NCBI RefSeq assembly: GCF_000179635.2
Contig: NC_014833.1
Coordinates: 2,910,001 to 2,942,000 of the forward strand
DNA: 32,000 nucleotides
Direction: 5' to 3'
From: Ruminococcus albus 7 = DSM 20455
GTDB taxonomy: Bacteria > Bacillota > Clostridia > Oscillospirales > Ruminococcaceae
The position numbers were made by a program, and so were the translations under genes. This document shows, piece after piece, positions 7,811 through 14,060 of this stretch. Numbering within the stretch: the first letter of the stretch is position 1; each line of letters begins with the position of its first letter. The notes under the pieces are model-generated. The model had not been told where the DNA came from, searched no databases, and saw only the letters and a list, made by a program, of their open reading frames with translations.

Positions 7811-8710
7811 ATGAGCGGAGATAACAGCGTTAAACAGAAGGATCCTCAAAGCCTTGCCATGAAGGTGTCAATAGTCAGTATACTTGTAAATACAGCCCTT
7901 TCACTGCTGAAGCTGCTGGCAGGCATATTTGCACGATCGGGTGCCATGATATCCGATGCTGTGCATTCGGCTTCGGACGTATTCAGTACATTCGTTGTTA
8001 TTGCAGGCGTAAAAATGGCAGGCAAACAGCCCGATAAGGAACACCCATACGGTCATGAGCGAATGGAATGCGTGGCATCTGTGATACTTGCGGTGGTACT
8101 TGCCGGCACAGGCTTAGGTATAGGTATAAAGGGTGTTGAAAAGATAGCAGGTAAAACATCGGGCGGAATTGCGGTGCCGGGGGCGCTGGCACTGGCAGCC
8201 GCTGTTATATCAGTGCTTGTCAAGGAAGCTATGTTCCACTACACTAAACGTGCGGCTATGAAGATAAATTCAGGGGCACTTATGGCTGATGCTTGGCATC
8301 ACCGTTCCGATTCCCTTTCCTCTATCGGTTCATTCGCGGGAATACTTGGTGCAAGAATGGGTCTGCCTGTGCTTGACCCTCTGGCAAGCGTGATAATCTG
8401 CGTATTCATTGAAAAAGCGGCATTTGATATATTCATAGATGCTGTAAATAAAATGGTGGATAAGTCATGCAGCGATGAGGTCATCAGCGAGATGAAAGAA
8501 CTGATACTGAATACAAAGGATGTTCTGGGCATTGACGAATTCAAGACAAGACTTTTCGGATCCAGGATATATGTTGAGGTAGAGATTCGCATGGATCCTT
8601 TCAAGACCCTTGTTGAAGCCCATAACACCGCCGAGGAAGTTCACGATTCAATTGAAGCCGCCTTCCCCGATGTAAAGCACTGTATGGTACACATCAACCC
8701 CGATATCTGA
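7811..8710 (+). CDS. Cation diffusion facilitator (CDF) family divalent metal efflux transporter
   Basis: ISDAVHSASDV (TM2 HxxxD-type metal site), DAWHHRSDSLSS (TM5 site) and a C-terminal cytoplasmic domain are present. The start is moved from GTG 7787 to ATG 7811 because of AGGAGA at 7798-7803. Confidence 0.9.
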   Translation: MSGDNSVKQKDPQSLAMKVSIVSILVNTALSLLKLLAGIFARSGAMISDAVHSASDVFSTFVVIAGVKMAGKQPDKEHPYGHERMECVASVILAVVLAGTGLGIGIKGVEKIAGKTSGGIAVPGALALAAAVISVLVKEAMFHYTKRAAMKINSGALMADAWHHRSDSLSSIGSFAGILGARMGLPVLDPLASVIICVFIEKAAFDIFIDAVNKMVDKSCSDEVISEMKELILNTKDVLGIDEFKTRLFGSRIYVEVEIRMDPFKTLVEAHNTAEEVHDSIEAAFPDVKHCMVHINPDI

Positions 8711-8733
8711 AACAACGAATAAATGATATGAAT

Positions 8734-8791
8734 GTGGACAGAAAGGAAATGTGGTAATATATACCGCTTTACCTTATATGTCCACTTTTTG
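8734..8791 (+). terminator. Structured terminator after the CDF gene
   Basis: gtggaca (8734-8740) pairs with tgtccac (8779-8785) and is followed by ttttt. An inner hairpin sits in the loop. Confidence 0.5.
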
Positions 8792-8921
8792 TTAAGTTTT
8801 AATTTTATTTTTAGCCGCAATTAAGACAAATATTCTAACATATTATTGAACTTCACTAAAGCATCACTATAAATATGTCTTTATAATTAATATGTAATAA
8901 GATAAAAATTTATAAATCCTA

Positions 8922-8950
8922 TTGACATTTTCATTGTTATGTGCTATACT
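8922..8950 (+). promoter_or_regulatory. Near-consensus orphan sigma-A promoter
   Basis: TTGACA (8922-8927), a 17-bp spacer, then TATACT (8945-8950) with TGc (extended -10). No ORF with an RBS follows. Confidence 0.55.
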
Positions 8951-8956
8951 AATAAT

Positions 8957-9241
8957 CAACAGAAGGTTCGCCTTTTTGAACAAAAGCAGGTTCATAATAG
9001 ATCTGTTAAGTGTGCAATCAGGCAACAGTATTGATTTTTCCAATTTTTGTAGATGCTGTTTAGATGTACGTATTATCGGACCTTCTGGACTCTTTTCTCC
9101 AAAACCGATGTGATGTCCGGAATTATTTAACTTCAATCATTTATTTGCTCATTTCTCCTTTGTCGGGCAGCACGTCGGCAGAAAATATCGTCTGTTATAC
9201 AGGCTTGAAAACAGTCTTCGATTCTTCGGAGGCTGTTTTTT
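8957..9241 (+). ncRNA. Candidate ~285-nt non-coding RNA, or a terminator-containing leader, bounded by its own promoter and terminator
   Basis: The promoter is at 8922-8950 and the terminator at 9208-9241. An 11-bp long-range helix joins 8960-8970 to 9077-9087 (10 Watson-Crick pairs plus 1 GU). Two TTTCTCC tracts lie at 9094-9100 and 9153-9159. There is no SD-preceded ORF on either strand. Confidence 0.35.
9208..9241 (+). terminator. Intrinsic terminator
   Basis: A 12-bp stem, aaaacagtcttc (9208-9219) with ggaggctgtttt (9228-9239), has an 8-nt loop and runs into a T-stretch. Confidence 0.65.
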
Positions 9242-9269
9242 GATATTATATCAATTCAACTGGAAAAGC

Positions 9270-9298
9270 TTGACATTTTAACACCAATCTGTTATAAT
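9270..9298 (+). promoter_or_regulatory. Consensus sigma-A promoter of the GGDEF gene
   Basis: TTGACA (9270-9275), a 17-bp spacer, then TATAAT (9293-9298) with TGt (extended -10). Confidence 0.65.
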
Positions 9299-9372
9299 TA
9301 ATATACATTAGAAATATTGTATTTACATTTGCACAATATTTAAAGATCGAGTTATAAAGATGAGGTGACAAA

Positions 9373-10776
9373 ATGAAAAAAGATAATGCAAAATTCAAAA
9401 CCAGCAAACAAAATTTCATAATAGCGCTTGCACTTCTGCTGGCAACCAATGTGCTTATGGGCATCATACTCATGGAGATCTCCAAGAGATCATTAAAGGA
9501 ACAGATATACGGAAGGATGCTGGACGTTGCAAAAACCGCCGCAGCACAGATGAACGGCGATGAGATAAAAACTGTAACAGCTAACGACAAAGGCACCGAG
9601 GAATATGAAAGAGCAGCTGCAATACTCCGATCATACCACGATAATATTGATCTTGATTACATTTACGGTATCAACGATGACGGCGACGGAACTTTCTCTT
9701 TCACCATTGACCCTGACCGTGAAGATCCTGCGGAATTCGGTGAAACTATAGAAACCACCGAGGCTCTGAAGACTGCCGCCAAAGGAACACCAGCCGTAGA
9801 TAAATATACTCATTCCGACGAATGGGGCAGATTCTACTCGGCTTACGCTCCGATATTCGATTCCGAGAAAAATGTCGTGGGTATTATAGGTGTTGACTTC
9901 AACGCTGATCTGCTGGATCAGAAGATGAATTCTCATATTACAATAGCCATAATATTGACCGCAGCCGCCCTGACCATAGGTATTGCCCTTGCAGGTGTGC
10001 TTATGTCCAAAAACCGAAAGAGTTTCGAGCGTATGCTGGCTAAGCTGGAACTGCTCAATGCAGAAACAGAAAAGCTGGATGACATTATCATGAGAAACTC
10101 AATAAAGAAAATGGATTTGCTGCCCGGCAACAAAAGCGGAGTTCTTAAAACTCTTGCATCAGGCGAAGCTGTACATGATAAAACCGTACAAAACGAATAT
10201 GCATCACTGACCGCCAGCGTTGACCAGGCTTACGAAAAGATCGAAAAGTATATGCGGTACATCAACACAGAGGTTTACACCGATCAGACTACAGGTGTGA
10301 ACAATAAGGCGGCTTACAGAAATAAGATATCAGAATTAGACAAGGATATCTCTGAGGGTAAGGGTGATTTCTCCGTGGCTTTCTTTGATATAAACGGTCT
10401 CAAAAAGATATACACCCACCACGGCTTTGAAGCAGGTGAAAAGCTCATGTTTGAATGCGCGAATATTCTTAAAAACGTATTCGGCAAGGACAATGTCTAT
10501 CATGTCACAGGCGATGAGTTCATAGTTCTGGCGGATAAAGTATCACGTTTCCAAATGGAGGAACTGTTTGCTGCTTTCGATGCCGAGATAGATAAGTATA
10601 ACGACGAACACGTTAAGGAACACCTGCTCTCCGTCGCTAAAGGTACTGTATCATACGATAAAGAAAAACATAACAGCTACCGTAAAATCTTCATCGAAGC
10701 CGAAGCAAACTGTAAACTCGATAAAGAAGAGTATTACAAAAATAAATCCTCAGATAATTCCATCTTCGGAAGATAA
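9373..10776 (+). CDS. Membrane sensor protein with an extracytoplasmic (Cache-like) domain, coiled coil and a divergent GGDEF domain (signature TGDEF)
   Basis: 467 aa. Two TM segments flank a ~160-aa external domain. The C-terminal domain reads D.TTGV.N...FFDINGLKKIY..HG...GEKLM...TGDEFIVLA. RBS gaggtga lies upstream. Confidence 0.85.
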   Translation: MKKDNAKFKTSKQNFIIALALLLATNVLMGIILMEISKRSLKEQIYGRMLDVAKTAAAQMNGDEIKTVTANDKGTEEYERAAAILRSYHDNIDLDYIYGINDDGDGTFSFTIDPDREDPAEFGETIETTEALKTAAKGTPAVDKYTHSDEWGRFYSAYAPIFDSEKNVVGIIGVDFNADLLDQKMNSHITIAIILTAAALTIGIALAGVLMSKNRKSFERMLAKLELLNAETEKLDDIIMRNSIKKMDLLPGNKSGVLKTLASGEAVHDKTVQNEYASLTASVDQAYEKIEKYMRYINTEVYTDQTTGVNNKAAYRNKISELDKDISEGKGDFSVAFFDINGLKKIYTHHGFEAGEKLMFECANILKNVFGKDNVYHVTGDEFIVLADKVSRFQMEELFAAFDAEIDKYNDEHVKEHLLSVAKGTVSYDKEKHNSYRKIFIEAEANCKLDKEEYYKNKSSDNSIFGR

Positions 10777-10790
10777 CATATTATAAAAAT

Positions 10791-10902
10791 TAACTGCTTC
10801 AGGGCGGGTACTCATATAGAACGTTTGTGATAATTATTGAGGGAATCCAGTAGTTACCAACAATATTCTGTATGAGCACTGCCATGAAGCAGTTACTTTT
10901 TT
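10791..10902. repeat. Long palindromic intergenic element, copy E2 (probable bidirectional terminator between convergent genes)
   Basis: The arms are taactgcttcagggcgggtactcatatagaa (10791-10821) and ttctgtatgagcactgccatgaagcagtta (10866-10895), followed by tttttt. The core at 10803-10838 matches 1365-1400. Confidence 0.6.
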
Positions 10903-10912
10903 ATGAGTATTA

Positions 10913-12235
10913 TTATCTTACGGTGACAGTGAAGGCTCTGTGTGCTATATCAGCGGTCTGCCACTTACCATTTACCTTAGCGCATACTACCATAGTGTAT
11001 CTGCTGCCGGGTCTGAGCTTAGGAGAAGTGAAGGTAGTATTATTTGTATACTCCTGGACCTTCCATTTACCTGCCAGTTTTACAGCTATGCCGTACTGTT
11101 CTGCGCCCTGAACAGGAGTCCAGTTGATGCGGAACTGGTGGTACTTGATATCATAAAGGATCGAAGATATCTCAGGCTGAGAATAGTTGTATTCAGGCTG
11201 CTGCTGACCGCCGAAGACTGAACACTTCTTGGAAGTAGCCTTTATGCCGTTTGAGCCGTTTATAAGAGCATCTCCCCAGGGTGTAAGGGACTTTCCTGCG
11301 AAATCATACGAGATATCCAGATATGAAAGATCGGAGTTATTACCCTTCCATGACCAGCCAAGATATCCTACATTCTTCTGAGTGCAGTAACTCATGATAG
11401 TAGCCTCATCAACGTCACCGCCTGTGTGCTGTCCGCCGAATTCACCTATAACAACAGGTACATCTATGCTGAGCGCGTCATCTATATTCTTCTTGATGGT
11501 TGAAGCGTTTCCGCCTGCATACTCATACATATGTATGGAGAATACAGTATTGCGGTCAACGTCAGCCTCGTATACAGATCTGCCGTATTCCTTTATGCAG
11601 GCAGGATACTGTCCCCAGCCAGCGCAGTCTACCATGATCATATTATCTATATCGGCATTTCTGAGCTTCTTAACAGCTGACTTGTTGCCTTCTGCCCAAT
11701 TATAGCTGTTCCATTCACCGTACCACTCATTAGCGATATTGAGTATTACATATTCCTCATTTCCCTGAAGAACGCTCTTGTTCTCGATCCAGTAATTTAC
11801 GGCATTATCCAGATCATAAGTGTTGTTGCTGCCTGTAGCGTCATGCACTTCCAGGATGCAGATAACATCATTCTCCTTGCAGATATTGATGATGTTCTCA
11901 AGCTCACTCTTTGAAGTTTTTGACCATTTCTGACCGTCAGCTACAACTACTCTTACAGTGTTGGAACCATTTTCAGCCGCGCCGATAACAGATGTGTTGG
12001 TATCGTTCTGATACCATGCGTGAGCGATGTTAACGCCTCTCATAACAAAGGGCTCGTTGTTAGCGTCCAGGATCTCTGTACCGCTTACATGGAAGCCGCT
12101 CTGTGCAGCGCCCGCACTGATACAGCTCATAGCTGCCGCTGCAGAAACTGCGATAAATGCCGCGCTCATGCCTGAATAAATGTTCTTGAACTTTTTCATA
12201 CTACCATTTCCTTTCGTTTCACATTGCCTATACAC
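10913..12235 (-). CDS. Secreted GH5 glycoside hydrolase (beta-mannanase-like, GH5_8-type) with a C-terminal ~90-aa Fn3-like module
   Basis: A signal peptide is present. RGVNIAHAWY...GSNTVRVV...ILEVHDATG...ILNIANEW (acid/base Glu) resembles GH5 mannanases. The C-terminal segment YHQFRINWTPVQGAEQYGIAVKLAGKWKV... is shared with the PL1 and GH48 proteins. Confidence 0.85.
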   Translation of the reverse strand: MYRQCETKGNGSMKKFKNIYSGMSAAFIAVSAAAAMSCISAGAAQSGFHVSGTEILDANNEPFVMRGVNIAHAWYQNDTNTSVIGAAENGSNTVRVVVADGQKWSKTSKSELENIINICKENDVICILEVHDATGSNNTYDLDNAVNYWIENKSVLQGNEEYVILNIANEWYGEWNSYNWAEGNKSAVKKLRNADIDNMIMVDCAGWGQYPACIKEYGRSVYEADVDRNTVFSIHMYEYAGGNASTIKKNIDDALSIDVPVVIGEFGGQHTGGDVDEATIMSYCTQKNVGYLGWSWKGNNSDLSYLDISYDFAGKSLTPWGDALINGSNGIKATSKKCSVFGGQQQPEYNYSQPEISSILYDIKYHQFRINWTPVQGAEQYGIAVKLAGKWKVQEYTNNTTFTSPKLRPGSRYTMVVCAKVNGKWQTADIAHRAFTVTVR

Positions 12236-12257
12236 TATTAGACCTTTGCTAACATTT

Positions 12258-12286
12258 AGTATATCATCTAAGTAAATTTAAGTCAA
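12258..12286 (-). promoter_or_regulatory. Sigma-A promoter of the GH5 gene
   Basis: On the minus strand: TTGACT (12286-12281), a 17-bp spacer, then TATACT (12263-12258) with TGa (extended -10). Confidence 0.55.
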
Positions 12287-12298
12287 CGGTATATTAAA

Positions 12299-12313
12299 AT
12301 GTAAACGAATTCA
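12299..12313. promoter_or_regulatory. cre-like / LacI-family operator-like box upstream of the GH5 promoter
   Basis: aTGtAAaCGaattCa fits the degenerate cre consensus WTGNAANCGNWNNCW at all constrained positions. The central CG lies 20 nt from the -35 edge. Confidence 0.45.
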
Positions 12314-12412
12314 CGAAAAACAATCGTTGTTTTTGATAATTTATAATTATCCTGAATGTGCAGTATTTCCATATTATTTCATTATATTATATCCCCAGGG
12401 ATCATTAATATG

Positions 12413-12444
12413 AAAAAGATCCGCCCATACCTGTGTATGGACGG
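12413..12444 (-). terminator. Intrinsic terminator of the LacI-family gene
   Basis: On the minus strand, ccgtccatac-acag-gtatgggcgg (10 bp, one GU) is followed by atcttttt. Confidence 0.6.
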
Positions 12445-12514
12445 ACCTTACCCTATGGCAAAAGTTTCAGGGGTTTTGCATTTTGATTAAAATTACTCAG
12501 CTGAAAACAGCAGG

Positions 12515-13522
12515 TCATTTCGCGGATGAGCCGGGCCTTGCCGCACTCTCCTTTATGATAAGCTCACCGCTTATCTTTATATTAGCTCTTTCCCTGTTGG
12601 GGGAATTCAGCTTTGAAAGCAGCATATTTACTGTTTCCTCTGCCATTTTTTCCGAATCAACATTTATAGTTGTTATGGAAGGCTTTGATATTTCCGATAT
12701 AAGGTAGTTGTCATATCCCACTACCGAGATATCCTCAGGCACCCTTATCCCCCTGCGCTCCAGCTGTCTTATAGTATGGAAAGCAGCTTCATCGCAATTG
12801 CATACAAATGCTGTAGGCAGTTTATCGGGAAAATCGATCTCTATAAAATCATGATCATCGCGGTCATCAAGAGTCCATTCCTTCCTTATCTCCAGACCGT
12901 TGTCTATCATGGCTTTCATATAACCCATATATCTGTCGAATATACTGCTGGTCGCCCTGACTGTACCGATATAACCTATTTCCTTATGACCAAGTCCGCA
13001 AAGGTAGGTAGTCAGTTCATATCCGCCGCCGTATCCGTCAGTTGTTACCGAATCAATGTCCATACCATGGATGTAATAATCCAAGAGCACAATATTTGGT
13101 AAGTATTTTCTGAGCTCGTTGATATATTCTTTTCTGACCTGTCCCAGAGATATTATGGATGAAACAGAATTATCCAGCACCAGCTTTGGTATCACCAGAT
13201 CCTTCTCATTCTCATCGGAAAGCTGTTCGATAAGGCAGTAATATCCCTTATCGGAAAATTTCTTTACCAACGCATTATACAGCGCCCAATAGAAAGAACC
13301 GTTGGGATTCATGAATTTTTCAGGTATTATCACGCCAACAATATGGTCGTTAGGGACAGAAACCGACCGTGACGATACATAGCCCAGCTCACAAGCCACG
13401 CTCTTGATCTTTTTGCGCAGTTCATCACTGACACCTTTTTTATCGTTAAGCGCCTTTGATACAGTAACTATACTGGTATCACAAGCTTTGGCTATATCAT
13501 TCAACGTTGCATTTTTAGCCAT
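12515..13522 (-). CDS. LacI/GalR-family transcriptional regulator
   Basis: 335 aa. The N-terminal HTH is ATLNDIAKACDTSIVTVSKALNDKKGVSDELRKKI. It is followed by a periplasmic-binding-protein-like sugar-binding core (VGVIIP..., ...EIGYIG..., VVGYDN). It is not CcpA-like in detail. Confidence 0.9.
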   Translation of the reverse strand: MAKNATLNDIAKACDTSIVTVSKALNDKKGVSDELRKKIKSVACELGYVSSRSVSVPNDHIVGVIIPEKFMNPNGSFYWALYNALVKKFSDKGYYCLIEQLSDENEKDLVIPKLVLDNSVSSIISLGQVRKEYINELRKYLPNIVLLDYYIHGMDIDSVTTDGYGGGYELTTYLCGLGHKEIGYIGTVRATSSIFDRYMGYMKAMIDNGLEIRKEWTLDDRDDHDFIEIDFPDKLPTAFVCNCDEAAFHTIRQLERRGIRVPEDISVVGYDNYLISEISKPSITTINVDSEKMAEETVNMLLSKLNSPNRERANIKISGELIIKESAARPGSSAK

Positions 13523-13566
13523 TTTGACCTCCGATTATTTATCAAAATATATTTCCGTTCTGTTAT

Positions 13567-13595
13567 ATTTTAAACTGTATCGTCTACTTTGTCAA
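13567..13595 (-). promoter_or_regulatory. Sigma-A promoter of the LacI-family gene
   Basis: On the minus strand: TTGACA (13595-13590), a 17-bp spacer, then TAAAAT (13572-13567). Confidence 0.5.
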
Positions 13596-13726
13596 TATAA
13601 TTTTTGCGATTTTTAATTTGAACACACATATTTAACACGGATTTTATTTTTATGTGATCCGCAAGTATAACACTGCGTAACACCACTCGGACTAATATTA
13701 CTTTGGGAAGTAGTATTTTTAACCTG

Positions 13727-13761
13727 ATAAAAAAGCGACAGCTTCATACGAAACTGTCGCT
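13727..13761 (-). terminator. Intrinsic terminator of the pectate lyase gene
   Basis: On the minus strand, agcgacag...ctgtcgct is followed by tttttt. Confidence 0.65.
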
Positions 13762-13788
13762 CATTGTTGATGTTAACGCATTCTCAGA

Positions 13789-14060
13789 TTATTTTACAGT
13801 AACTGTGATAGCGTTCTTGATAGGATCGGTAGTATTCCACTGACCATTAACTCTTGCAGCAACAGCAACCTTGTAGGTCATGCCGGGAGTCAGGTTCTTA
13901 GGAGTAACAAAGCTGTTTGTAGTGATGCTGGAAGTCTGGATCCTCCACTTGCCTGCCAGATATACAGCTATACCGTATCTGTCAGCACCCTCTACCTTGT
14001 CCCATACGAACTGGATCTGGTGATACTGTGTGCTGTAATTAGCCCTTACATTTGTAGGAT
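13789..14060. repeat. Arm 1 of a ~272-bp inverted DNA repeat (C-terminal module coding sequence)
   Basis: The reverse complement aligns with 26782-27053 at about 88 percent identity by manual alignment. It includes a 74-nt identical block (13832-13905 against 26937-27010). Confidence 0.8.

Noticed and set aside
8867-9136. An 89-aa minus-strand ORF (TTG start) and a 63-aa plus-strand ORF (8922-9113) in the orphan transcription unit.
   Set aside because: The plus ORF begins inside the promoter hexamers. The minus ORF has a TTG start without a usable SD, AT-rich Ile/Leu/Lys/Asn composition and runs across the promoter. A non-coding interpretation fits the promoter/terminator pair better.
8957-9241. 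A c-di-GMP-I/II riboswitch, 6S RNA, SRP RNA or tmRNA as the identity of the orphan RNA.
   Set aside because: The GEMM-type GCAAA/ACGCAAAGC tetraloop-receptor elements are absent. So are the SRP domain IV motif (GGAAGCAGCC-like) and any tRNA-like end or tag ORF. The size and fold also do not suggest 6S. Only a covariance-model search can settle this.
12317-12360. AT-rich palindromes AAAAACAA-TCG-TTGTTTTT and GATAATT-TAT-AATTATC upstream of the GH5 promoter, as specific operators.
   Set aside because: The sequence is pure A/T and low in complexity, in an AT-rich intergenic region. They are not repeated at the other CAZyme promoters, so they are mentioned only as context.
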